IMG/VR virus record: IMGVR_UViG_3300037067_013742
Location: 64,001-128,000 of that record
Origin: a virus
Taxonomy: Duplodnaviria; Caudoviricetes
DNA: 64,000 bases
Direction: 5' to 3' (one strand)
Of this stretch, positions 9,401 to 17,698 are shown piece after piece. Position 1 is the first letter of the stretch. Each line of letters starts with the position of its first letter. Under the pieces are notes generated by a model. The model ran no database searches, was not told where the DNA came from, and saw nothing but the letters and a program-made list of their open reading frames with translations. Made by a program: the position numbers and the translations under genes.

Positions 9401-9637
9401 GTTGGTTCGATGGGTACTCCAGTTATTTATATCCCAACCGAGCAGGCAAAGAGTGAGCGGGCTATCCTCCCAATGTCTGTCCCAAACAGAAGACTTCCAG
9501 ATTCTTCTATACGATCAGATCCAACCTATGGTAAAAAGGTTGTGGTCCGTTATTGGGGTACGGAACCTAATGAGGCTATTGCAGAAGCTCGGGCGGGTCG
9601 GCGTAATCAACCTCGCGGCAGACGGTTTGGAAGGTAA
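6494..9637 (+). CDS. terL: Terminase large subunit, intein-containing (642-aa spliced product)
   Basis: Walker A GRRTGK/S split by the intein, Walker B LIVLDE, motif III SSTP, and RNase H-like nuclease motifs FGIDWN, YADEGG, DHKLDA. Confidence 0.95.
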   Translation: MSTDASTIFSGRIGIPKNLHPACEACIANAREKYTGFMSDEGTYHKDGFAVNCPYIPHDEKYFPDKFKSQMSPEEWALMNSLKSPLLWGEANLVDPDNGKPWKAWDYQRAPLLCASPRKCYRFGRRTGKCRTRDSDITLADGSINKMGDLVGHTFSVWSIDPNTFKYTKVAATAFENGDQPCVRVGTKYGHIIECTRNHPFLTCDGWVSVETGLSIGNRIATPITNPNIGSEVFDKRLLSLLGYLLGDGSFYDGSSLDVRFTVSIEREDVLQHFLSLLNGTYRINKKVHNNCNCIALHMDNDIVSIIQELGLRGKNSHTKFIPPFVFKLNSECIVEFLRPLFTTDGWSDNRGNIGYCSASKELATGVKRLLSRLGIVSSIRIKTIKSGRYSGNEYYTVDICNYSETKKFEEIIGLKYKGYKYSTSSDRNSYNSQLRSMPKEFSFKFAKKLRRVVNTVKQRNSFGYIREDHAVGREVLTKWAEDRPEYFKDELTLLNSDLYWDEIVFIEDIGIVPTVGLSVPGTENYVSDVVEHNSTILAVEILWYLFTSGGGRLRDPDTGRVRQNLTVMLLAPQKVHVDNIFQRIRAFLTLSPKLSNNVAASRRGSPQYIGLKTKDGGDGNGVSGFASGDASGSKGLSGRGQDADLIVLDEGAFVSEDVMMNVINPILYTRPTTSFIVSSTPSGISGDYFEKVCTRRPDFVEFYVPASMRPDWDKVKDQVRKDFGSSQDEWNKEVMAEFSPAGIGVYRDDLVKLAQSDYAYGDMHRHDGYIYTFGIDWNKEHGTEIAVVATARSAPHVSWTAFTENIPKEEFTTPAGIQRVVELNRIWRPMWIYADEGGGDGAAMLRHHGRMSVGKNPIDAVLKDIVKSYDFGSKLEIIEADGTMVKYPAKPFMVENSVKKFELGEFKYPRGDLLLTKQLNNYVVDRRTPAGIPVYAVKEKKWGDHKLDAVNLALIAVRLELPSFTQGSVGSMGTPVIYIPTEQAKSERAILPMSVPNRRLPDSSIRSDPTYGKKVVVRYWGTEPNEAIAEARAGRRNQPRGRRFGR
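6881..8095 (+). mobile_element. Intein with LAGLIDADG homing endonuclease (405 aa) in the TerL Walker A
   Basis: GK|CRTRDS...VVEHN|S junctions, block B CTRNHPF, LAGLIDADG-like LGYLLGDG and LRPLFTTDG; visibly more AT-rich than the exteins. Confidence 0.95.
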
Positions 9638-9639
9638 GG

Positions 9640-10095
9640 ATGCTTAGTTTATATCGAGAAGTATCAGCTGGAACTTATGTCTCTTATAAAGAATATGGAG
9701 TAGAAGACGGTCTTCTTCCTATCGTTACTACTCATGACGGCGTTCTTGGTGAGGTTGTAGAGACAAAGATCTATGTACGGAATGATGATGTCGATGAGTT
9801 TTATACGGATATAACTGTAGTCCCGATATGCTTGACCTCACCTGATGAGGTTGATGGCGTCACTAGTGGTCATGGAATGAAGCTTCGTACAGGTAAGACT
9901 CGGCCAACCGAGGCGGAATGGGAGGCTACGGATTATGCAAATACGATATCTCTAGACGATATAGGAGCCTCTGGCGCTGGCGACGCAAATACCTATCTAC
10001 CAGTTTGGTATCGGGTTGAATGTCCAGCTGGGGCTTCGGCAGACAATAAAGAAAATGTTGTTCTTCGTATTTACTCTACAGCTCATCCGGTATAG
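9640..10095 (+). CDS. Hypothetical beta-rich virion protein (151 aa)
   Basis: Follows TerL directly, with purine-rich upstream sequence; no recognised family. Confidence 0.6.
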   Translation: MLSLYREVSAGTYVSYKEYGVEDGLLPIVTTHDGVLGEVVETKIYVRNDDVDEFYTDITVVPICLTSPDEVDGVTSGHGMKLRTGKTRPTEAEWEATDYANTISLDDIGASGAGDANTYLPVWYRVECPAGASADNKENVVLRIYSTAHPV

Positions 10096-10097
10096 TC

Positions 10098-10502
10098 ATG
10101 CCAGAAAATATACCCTCAAAGAACCTTTCTCAAGATAGCATTGATCTTCTTCGTGGAGCTCCGGAGATCTCATATATAGAGCCAGAGCAGATATATCAAG
10201 CTCCTCCGCTCGACATTAGTGTCCCGACTACTACAATCAATCAAAGAGATCGTCTCAACGATATTGTTGATAGCGTTGATGTTTTACTAAAGCGTATAAG
10301 TTCTTTGAAGAGTGAACTAGATACGAGGTGCAAGAAGTTTAGCGCCTCTGCATCTGGAAGCAAAGGCTCTCCTTTATATCAGGCGATGTTTCGCGTCTTT
10401 AACGAGAAGACGGAGACTGTAACTTATGACCATTATAAGAGGGCTTTAGATATCCGCAAGACACTTGCCGAAGAAGATGCGAAGGAGCTTAAAGCTAAAT
10501 GA
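10098..10502 (+). CDS. Hypothetical protein (134 aa)
   Basis: Tightly packed ORF in the head operon; helical composition. Confidence 0.6.
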   Translation: MPENIPSKNLSQDSIDLLRGAPEISYIEPEQIYQAPPLDISVPTTTINQRDRLNDIVDSVDVLLKRISSLKSELDTRCKKFSASASGSKGSPLYQAMFRVFNEKTETVTYDHYKRALDIRKTLAEEDAKELKAK

Positions 10503-10795
10503 CCTTTTTTAATCTGAACCTGGATCGATATAGGGCCTGGACGATCCAGCAGCTCTACTATCTTCTATATCCTTATATAAAGGATGACTTTATGGGTCGG
10601 CAAGATTGTCAGGCTGTACATACTCTAGGCAATATGATCGCTGGAGACGCTACAGTAGCCCACGTCACTTTTAGTGGCGGGGACGATACTCTCGCCAATA
10701 TAAAAGAGCGGGAGTATGAGCTTCTCGCAGAAGAGGGCGGAGTCACTCTATCTACTGCTCAGGAAACTGGCGAGACTACTGGATTTAGAGAGTAA
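10499..10795 (+). CDS. Hypothetical protein (98 aa)
   Basis: ATGA overlap with the upstream gene; SD GGAG. Confidence 0.6.
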   Translation: MTFFNLNLDRYRAWTIQQLYYLLYPYIKDDFMGRQDCQAVHTLGNMIAGDATVAHVTFSGGDDTLANIKEREYELLAEEGGVTLSTAQETGETTGFRE

Positions 10796-10797
10796 TA

Positions 10798-12453
10798 ATG
10801 GGACTTAGGGATAAAAATCCTTTAATCGATTCAGATCTAGAACTTATCATCACTACCTTTGAAAAGGCGATGATAAAGAGTCGTGATTCTGATAGCGTCC
10901 TGGTTCCTTTTAGACGTCATCTAAATGTTATGGAGGCCCTTCCTACCTCTATCAAGAAGTCAATCAATGATGTCCCAAATCCAGCGAGTGGAGTCGAGCA
11001 GTCTAACGTGGCAATGGCGCCAGCTCCAGATAGTATTATCACCCCTGAGGGAGCGGCTAGCGTTGACTCTGAGTCAAAAGAAGACTCTGAAGATGATGCC
11101 GAGTGGAAAGAAAAAGTTAAGGAGTTACTCGAAGACTGTATCCCCTGTGACTTCAGAAGTTTAACCTCTCTGGATGCCGAGTTCTTTAGTGGGATCGCCG
11201 ATAAGTGGGAGTCCGCTATTGATAAAGCTGGTGAGAGCCTAGATTCGCTAGAGGGTATCTTAGATGGATACAAAGATAAGTTTACCGGTTTGGTGGACCA
11301 GGCTGATGAATTAGTTGATGATATCAAGGCTATAGGGGAGGGTACTACTGAAGAGGGTAAGACCATTTCGGGAGATATAGTTAGTCCCCTCCAAAATATC
11401 TGTGAGATTGGAAATAGTCTAAAAGGTCAGTGCATCCCAGATATAAAGAAAATGATCTTTATGATGGAGATGTTCCTTACTGATATGGAGAACCAGTTCT
11501 CTCTAGACTTAGGTATTGCTGACAGCTTCCTAACTTCTCTATTATCTCCGTTATTTAACGAGATGGTTGGAAATCTCGATATTATTGATGAGCTTGCCCT
11601 GGGTCCAATCAGGTGTGTTCTTAATAGTATCGAACAACAGATTATGCGTGGGGGAGAAGTTGCCGCGCAGGGCTTTGAGTCAGCTACTAATGTTGCCGAA
11701 TCTAGAAATGTCGTAGGGCGGGTTGCAACGAGACGCTCTCAGGAAGACTCCAACTCGATCTTTAATAGTCAGGCAAATCAGACTCCCGCTCGAAGTACTC
11801 GGATGACAAGAGCTGAAGAGCTTGCAGAAAGAGCACAAGCCGAGCAATCAGCCTTAAGACAAAGAGCAGAACGACAAGCTCAACGTGGGAGCGAAAGAAT
11901 TAACAGCGCCTTTGATCGAATGCGTGAGGCTACGACGTTTTTAGATCGGTTTAAGCGTTGTCTACAAACTGCCTTTGACTATCTGGAAGATAAAAAGGAT
12001 TGGTTGATAAATCTTCTAGAAGAACTTGTTTCTACTGGTGACGAGCAGTTTAGCAATAACCTCTCTTTCGCACAGAATAAAAAGGACCTTCTAGAGAACA
12101 TTGCTATCATGAAAGCTCTTGTCGATGCGGCTAAAGCTGGTGGCTTTTCTTGTGGGCCAGAAACTGACTCAATGACTGAGAGTGAGCTTGAGGTCTTCTT
12201 TACGATGTACCAACATCCCTCGGAGTCTTTGGATATATCTGTAATTAATGGTAACATCGTCGTCAGAAGGAATCCAGATGGGCAAAGTGGCTCTGATGGT
12301 AACACTGTGACTACCGGAGCTAGTAGCTCAGGCGCTTCTGGACTTGGAAATATTGTTGTCCAAAGACCGATTTCTTCTTGTTTGAAGAAGGTTACTGCTG
12401 AAGAGGCCGATCAGGTACAGCAGTGGATCGCACAGCTCGAACAGGAAGGCTAG
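10798..12453 (+). CDS. Hypothetical acidic coiled-coil protein with spaced Cys motifs (551 aa)
   Basis: Long helical/heptad stretches; EDCIPCD, NICE, QCIPD, IRCV. Confidence 0.65.
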   Translation: MGLRDKNPLIDSDLELIITTFEKAMIKSRDSDSVLVPFRRHLNVMEALPTSIKKSINDVPNPASGVEQSNVAMAPAPDSIITPEGAASVDSESKEDSEDDAEWKEKVKELLEDCIPCDFRSLTSLDAEFFSGIADKWESAIDKAGESLDSLEGILDGYKDKFTGLVDQADELVDDIKAIGEGTTEEGKTISGDIVSPLQNICEIGNSLKGQCIPDIKKMIFMMEMFLTDMENQFSLDLGIADSFLTSLLSPLFNEMVGNLDIIDELALGPIRCVLNSIEQQIMRGGEVAAQGFESATNVAESRNVVGRVATRRSQEDSNSIFNSQANQTPARSTRMTRAEELAERAQAEQSALRQRAERQAQRGSERINSAFDRMREATTFLDRFKRCLQTAFDYLEDKKDWLINLLEELVSTGDEQFSNNLSFAQNKKDLLENIAIMKALVDAAKAGGFSCGPETDSMTESELEVFFTMYQHPSESLDISVINGNIVVRRNPDGQSGSDGNTVTTGASSSGASGLGNIVVQRPISSCLKKVTAEEADQVQQWIAQLEQEG

Positions 12454-12458
12454 AGCAG

Positions 12459-14585
12459 ATGAGTTGGTTTAGTCGATTTGTTCAGTGGATGTTTAGGCCT
12501 ACCCCTGTTGTCCTAAGTCGGCAAAGTGAGATAACTATTGTAGACCCACCTCTTCTTCCGAGAAAGGCTCAAGATGCAGAGCCTGTTCGTAAGGCTCCTG
12601 TTCCGGGAACTTTAAAAAACCCACGGCCAGAAGAGGTTGTTAAGTCTAGAGGCCTTTCATACTTTACAGTTGAGACTGGTCAGTCTGAGTGGGTCTATCC
12701 TCAGTATGATCATCTGGAAGTTGAAGTAATCTATGACATTGAGTCTTATGCTGCGCGAGCAACAAGGGCAAAGTTAGCCCTCTTCTTAAAAGAGGGATTT
12801 GAGTTTGTAGCTCGTGATGATAAGCGGGCTGATTATATTAGAGCAAGAATCTCTCAGATGGAGAGGGCAACTTGTATCCCATTTGATTTGTTACTATTTC
12901 AGGTGTGCCGTGATCTTATTGTTCACTCTAATGCTTATTGGGTGAAGGTTCGTAAGGAAAGCGCGTCTGGCGGGCGTACAAGGAAACTTGGGAAGAAGGA
13001 AATTAAACCAGTTGCTGGTTACTTTCCACTTCCTCCAGAAACAATGGTTCCACTTGTAGATACATCTAATACTATTGTTTCTTGGAAACAAGTAATTGGC
13101 GATTCGGAAAGAATCTTCTCAACCGACGATATTGTTCACTTTTATACTAATCGTAAGGTTGGTTACCCATTAGGCGTTCCCTCTATCTGGCCGGCAATAG
13201 ATGACATTCGTGCTCTACGAAGTCTTGAAGCAAACTTAGATGTTCTTGTTCATAAACACCTCTTTCCAGTCTTCCTCTGGAAGGTTGGAACCGAAACTCG
13301 GCCGGCTCAGACATATGCTGACGGAACTACAGAGATTTCCGAAATCCAAAGTCGTGTTGCAGAAATGCCAACAGAGGGATCACTTGTAGTATCTGAGCGC
13401 ATAACTGTTGACTCTATTGGCGCAGAGAATAAAGCACTACGAGTTGAATTCTATCTAAAGCATTACGTAGAGAGACTACTTGCTGGTCTCGATGTATCTT
13501 CTATTGACGTTGGAATTGGAGACTCGTCAAGTAGATCTACGGCCCAGACCCTCTCTAGAAATCTTATGGACGTTGTAAAACTTAATCAGATTACAATCGA
13601 ACGGTTTATGGAGAGTGTAATCGCAGAACTACTTCTTGAGTCTACGTTCTCTGAGAAGACAATCTTTGATGCTGATAATCTTGTCCATCTCAAATTCCAA
13701 GAGATTGATAAGGAGGCAAAGCTAGCCAACGGCAATTACCTTATGGATATCTTCATTAAGAATGGAATTACTCATTCTGAAATGAGGGTTGGTATGGGCC
13801 GAGATCCATTAACTCCAGAAGAGGAGATGGATCTTGCCTGGAATAAATGGGATCGAGAGAAGGCTCTTATTACGGCTGGCGACGAAACTCTTGTTTATAA
13901 ATCTGCCCCAACTACGACTGGCCCTACGTCTACAAAGAAGCCGTCTGGCGCGGTTGGTAACAAGAACAGGCCAAAGAACCAGCATGGTACCAGGAAGTCT
14001 CCTAAGTTAAATAGAGACTCTTTTGTTGCGGGGAATAACCCAGATAGTAACCCAATTCTATATTGGTATAACGCTATAAGAGATGAGCTACAGATTAGGT
14101 GGGCCGCAGATAATCGTCTCGACTTGGTTAAGGCTGAAGTAGATATTCGGGCAACCTTTGCTCTTGCCGTAAAGGACATGAATGAAATCCTCCATCGGAT
14201 TATCAGGGAAGAGTATCGAGACCCAGAAACTATCTATGGCATTTATAAGATGGCGGATTCTCGAGTAGAGAGCTATGTAGCTAAGTTGGAGAGAGATCTA
14301 ATTTCTCAGCTAAAGACTAGCTCTTATAGCCCCAACGTTATATTTGAATCTCTTAAGTTCAGAGCTGTACTTATCGGCGAAACCGAGAGGCAATGGGCTC
14401 GTAATGCAGCTTCTCTAAGATGGCTTCGAAAGTTTAAGGTTGACATAGAGATTGTTGGCAGTGATACAATGTGCGATGTATGCAGGTCCAAATTGACCAC
14501 CATTAGGGCGGATGATAGACTCGAAGAAGTTGAGATTCCACCATTTCACCCGCTTTGTGGATGTGGACTAAAGGTTGTTCAGTAG
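12459..14585 (+). CDS. Portal protein fused to a C-terminal MuF-like (head morphogenesis) domain
   Basis: Portal-like motifs DLIVHSNAYWVK, YFPLPPETM, DDIVHF, GYPLGVP, GITHSEMRVGMG. C-terminal CDVC...PPFHPLCGC matches the MuF PPxHPxCxC signature. Start moved to ATG 12459, after the upstream stop. Confidence 0.85.
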   Translation: MSWFSRFVQWMFRPTPVVLSRQSEITIVDPPLLPRKAQDAEPVRKAPVPGTLKNPRPEEVVKSRGLSYFTVETGQSEWVYPQYDHLEVEVIYDIESYAARATRAKLALFLKEGFEFVARDDKRADYIRARISQMERATCIPFDLLLFQVCRDLIVHSNAYWVKVRKESASGGRTRKLGKKEIKPVAGYFPLPPETMVPLVDTSNTIVSWKQVIGDSERIFSTDDIVHFYTNRKVGYPLGVPSIWPAIDDIRALRSLEANLDVLVHKHLFPVFLWKVGTETRPAQTYADGTTEISEIQSRVAEMPTEGSLVVSERITVDSIGAENKALRVEFYLKHYVERLLAGLDVSSIDVGIGDSSSRSTAQTLSRNLMDVVKLNQITIERFMESVIAELLLESTFSEKTIFDADNLVHLKFQEIDKEAKLANGNYLMDIFIKNGITHSEMRVGMGRDPLTPEEEMDLAWNKWDREKALITAGDETLVYKSAPTTTGPTSTKKPSGAVGNKNRPKNQHGTRKSPKLNRDSFVAGNNPDSNPILYWYNAIRDELQIRWAADNRLDLVKAEVDIRATFALAVKDMNEILHRIIREEYRDPETIYGIYKMADSRVESYVAKLERDLISQLKTSSYSPNVIFESLKFRAVLIGETERQWARNAASLRWLRKFKVDIEIVGSDTMCDVCRSKLTTIRADDRLEEVEIPPFHPLCGCGLKVVQ

Positions 14586-14594
14586 GAAGGCGAT

Positions 14595-16262
14595 ATGACT
14601 TTTAACATTAATGAGCTTAAAGACTTCTTCCTCTTTTCGCCTTCCGCGGGGAGAGCTGGTGGTCAGAGTGCAGATCCTAATGCCCGCCAAATGTCCCTTA
14701 CTGGTAAAGGCCTAAAGGTAACTCTTCGGGCCTCTCATGCTGGTATGAGGAATCGCAACTGGACCATGTATGCTCCAGACGGTATGCGCAATAGTTGTCA
14801 TACCTGGGTTTACCCATATCAGAAGCCAGTTCAAGTTCATCATGACGATATGGCCGATCCAATCGGTCGTATCATTGGAGCAAGATACGCCCCCTTCGAA
14901 GCATCTGCTAACCTATCTCAAGATATGGTAACGGCAATGCGTCTTTTTGACGCAGCGAAGTCAGATACAGATATCGTAGATGCCGCAAACCTTCTGGACG
15001 AAGCCGGGGTTCTTGATGGAGAAGACTGGAAGGGCGTTGGAGAGCTACTATTCGATACGGTTATTATGGATGCCGATGCTGCTCAGAAAGTCCTAGATGG
15101 AAGATATCTGACTGTTTCTGTTTCCCAGCATCCAAAGAAGGCCCTATGCTCGATCTGTCATCAGGACTGGGTTGAAAAGGGTCAGTGTAAGCACGAGCGT
15201 GGAGAGGTAGACGAAGAAACCGGCAAGCGGATGTTCTTGATCGTTGGCGACACTCGTGGTACAGAAGTTTCATTTATCAATCATCCCGCTGACGAGTTTG
15301 CTGGGCCTTCAGAAATAAGGCCTATTAGCATTGATCAGCAGGCTGAGGGAGCAGAGCCTCTTAAGGACTTTGTAATTAAGACAGAGGCATTTGTTTCTTT
15401 AGAGCTCTTTGATGCTGAGGAGATTCATACTATGAAGGTAGACGATGTGGCTCCAGTCATCGAACCAACACCAGTTGTAGAGCCGGTGATTGAGCCGGTA
15501 GTCGTAGAGCCTGTTATTACAGAGTCTGTTAAAGAGGAGCCTGTTATTACAGAGCCAGACAAGCCACTAGACCAGACTGTTGCTGAAGCAATGAAGCTTT
15601 TATTTACAGACAGTAAGTTTACTGACGAAGATCTTCTTAGAGAGCATGCTGAGATTGAGAAGGTTCTTGCAGAACGAAATGTTAAGATTGATCACCCTTG
15701 CTCTACCTGTTCCGAGAAGGATGCTCAACTTAAGGACCTGGCTGTTCTTCCAGAAAAGGTTCGTGATCTAGAGGGCACTCTTCGTATTGTTCGTTCAGAG
15801 TGGCAAGAGGTTGTAGCGAGTCAGAAGGTTATGACTGATCTTAATGCCGACACTCTTGTCGAGCTAGAAACTACTCTGAAGAAATACGTAAAGCTTGCAG
15901 AACTAATTCTGGACAAAGACTCTAAGGAAGAGGAGATTGACTCCAAGGTTGAGGCTCTCTCTCTTGATTCTCTCCGTAAGTCTCTTGCAGAAACTGATCT
16001 TACAGAGGCAATTTCATTCATTCGGAGTGGTTTAGTTAGGAAACCAGAAGAAAAGATTACGATTTCTGATGCCGCTCCGGTTGAAATTAAGCCTCTTCCA
16101 ACTGTAGAAGATGCAACTTTAGAGTATGCAAAGCAGCTCGTAAATACTCGTAAACGTTCTGGATTCAGTGCGGCGAATGAATATCTTGGGCAGCTAAAGC
16201 GGAGGGGAAAGTTAGAAAAAGACTTCTCTCTTGCCAAGGCCGAAGAACTTGTGGCAAAATGA
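14595..16262 (+). CDS. Prohead maturation protease with Zn-ribbon insert, fused to a scaffold
   Basis: Between portal and capsid. Motifs RNRNWTMY, PVQVHHD..DPIGRI, YLTVSVS, CSIC...CKH, EVSFINHPAD, then an EPV-rich linker and a coiled-coil C-terminus. Confidence 0.85.
   Translation: MTFNINELKDFFLFSPSAGRAGGQSADPNARQMSLTGKGLKVTLRASHAGMRNRNWTMYAPDGMRNSCHTWVYPYQKPVQVHHDDMADPIGRIIGARYAPFEASANLSQDMVTAMRLFDAAKSDTDIVDAANLLDEAGVLDGEDWKGVGELLFDTVIMDADAAQKVLDGRYLTVSVSQHPKKALCSICHQDWVEKGQCKHERGEVDEETGKRMFLIVGDTRGTEVSFINHPADEFAGPSEIRPISIDQQAEGAEPLKDFVIKTEAFVSLELFDAEEIHTMKVDDVAPVIEPTPVVEPVIEPVVVEPVITESVKEEPVITEPDKPLDQTVAEAMKLLFTDSKFTDEDLLREHAEIEKVLAERNVKIDHPCSTCSEKDAQLKDLAVLPEKVRDLEGTLRIVRSEWQEVVASQKVMTDLNADTLVELETTLKKYVKLAELILDKDSKEEEIDSKVEALSLDSLRKSLAETDLTEAISFIRSGLVRKPEEKITISDAAPVEIKPLPTVEDATLEYAKQLVNTRKRSGFSAANEYLGQLKRRGKLEKDFSLAKAEELVAK
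15507..15554 (+). repeat. 18-bp direct repeat GAGCCTGTTATTACAGAG (EPVITE) in the protease-scaffold linker
   Basis: Exact copies at 15507-15524 and 15537-15554 within a degenerate (V/I)EP array. Confidence 0.9.
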
Positions 16263-16282
16263 TTAAGCAAGGAGCGAATTAG

Positions 16283-17674
16283 ATGGCTACTCGGATGTAC
16301 GAAGCAAACTTCAAGCAGTGGGATCATTCCGGTAACGTGGTCCCAGAAGTTGAGCACTCGGAAAGTCAGTATCCCAGTGCAGAGCTAAAGCCGGCTGCTT
16401 GGCTGCCAGTCCAGAGATACGACAAGAAGAATGAGTCTTATGCCGTTATCAATGCTGGTAAAGTCATTGCGGTTGATCGTGAAGGTCGGGTAGTCCCGGC
16501 TGGTCTTCGCAAGGCCTTTGAGGTTGGTGGTGGTACTACAGTACTTACCTATACTGCAACCGACTCAACTGAAGGTGTTATTGACCTTGCCACCGGGTCG
16601 ACCGTAGCTGCTGCTGGCTCAACCTATACCCAGGCTCAGCTAACGGCTGCTCTGAAGACTCGTAACCTAATTCGCTCGACTGAGTATGCCTGTGACTTCA
16701 TCAGTCGCCCGGTTGGTTACGCTCCTTACTCTTTCTGGAAATGGTGTGGTGGTGATGGCTACAACCCCGCTCAGTTCGTGCAGCACAACTACTGCCTCCA
16801 GACTCAGGTAGCTGCTGGTTGTGATAAGGTCCTCCAGATCCCCCACCTACCAGCAGTAGAGACTGCTGAGGTAATGGGCGACGGCGGCGCGATCAGTGAT
16901 ATCGCTATCGTCTTTGGTGGTGGCGGTCCGTCAGCAGTTGCCTGGAAGAGCGCAACTGGTATTCACGCTACCCTAAAGTACGCAAGCCTTGTTGCTGCTA
17001 CTGATAACGTAATTGCCTACGTCTTTGGTGAGTATCCAGTTGCCAAGAATATCTCCTGGACAACTCCGATTACCGACTCAGCTAGCAACCTAGCTTCGAT
17101 GACCGAGGTAAACTCAATCGCCGATGTCATTGCTGGTGGTAGCTCGTACTACTACATCGATTACGAAGCCGGTGTTATGTTCCTCTATGAGGCTGGCGGC
17201 AACGCCGTCCCAGCAGCTTGGACTAACGGCGCAACGACTATCACCTACTACAGCTACGAGAACGTAGCAACGGGCAGTGCCAACTACGCAACCGTAATTG
17301 GTGATATCAACGTTGGTGACTTTGTTACCTTTAACGCCACTTCAGACTACATCAAGTGGGTTCCCGATATCGGTACCTGCTCTGGTAATGCTGGTGATGT
17401 CTATGCTGGCGATCCTGATTATCCGGGTGGTGTTGCAGCTACCATTTCGGCTCAGCTTGAGGCCTTCACTAGGGACTCTGTAATGCAGGTTATCGGTCAG
17501 GTTGTCGCAGTTTGGACCTGGCCGCGCAGCGCACTAGATAAGGTTGCTACTCAGTATACGCAGCTGTCAGTGATGGAGCGTATGCCAGGTACGGCAACTC
17601 TAGGCATGACAGATGCCCTCAGTCAGAGCGGCTCTGCTAACAAGATGGTAATTATCAACTTCTGCGCACGTTAA
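16283..17674 (+). CDS. Head decoration/auxiliary capsid protein (463 aa)
   Basis: Between protease and MCP; SD AAGGAG; codon style like the MCP gene; rich in Gly/Ala/Thr and beta-type residues. Confidence 0.6.
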   Translation: MATRMYEANFKQWDHSGNVVPEVEHSESQYPSAELKPAAWLPVQRYDKKNESYAVINAGKVIAVDREGRVVPAGLRKAFEVGGGTTVLTYTATDSTEGVIDLATGSTVAAAGSTYTQAQLTAALKTRNLIRSTEYACDFISRPVGYAPYSFWKWCGGDGYNPAQFVQHNYCLQTQVAAGCDKVLQIPHLPAVETAEVMGDGGAISDIAIVFGGGGPSAVAWKSATGIHATLKYASLVAATDNVIAYVFGEYPVAKNISWTTPITDSASNLASMTEVNSIADVIAGGSSYYYIDYEAGVMFLYEAGGNAVPAAWTNGATTITYYSYENVATGSANYATVIGDINVGDFVTFNATSDYIKWVPDIGTCSGNAGDVYAGDPDYPGGVAATISAQLEAFTRDSVMQVIGQVVAVWTWPRSALDKVATQYTQLSVMERMPGTATLGMTDALSQSGSANKMVIINFCAR

Positions 17675-17698
17675 AGAAGGGCAGCGGAGGAAAGTAAA

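Noticed and set aside
12423-12458. Longer starts given by the ORF track for the portal (12423), neck (21516) and tube (24850) genes
   Set aside because: The first two overlap upstream genes, and ATGs at 12459, 21549 and 24853 fit coupling or SD spacing better.
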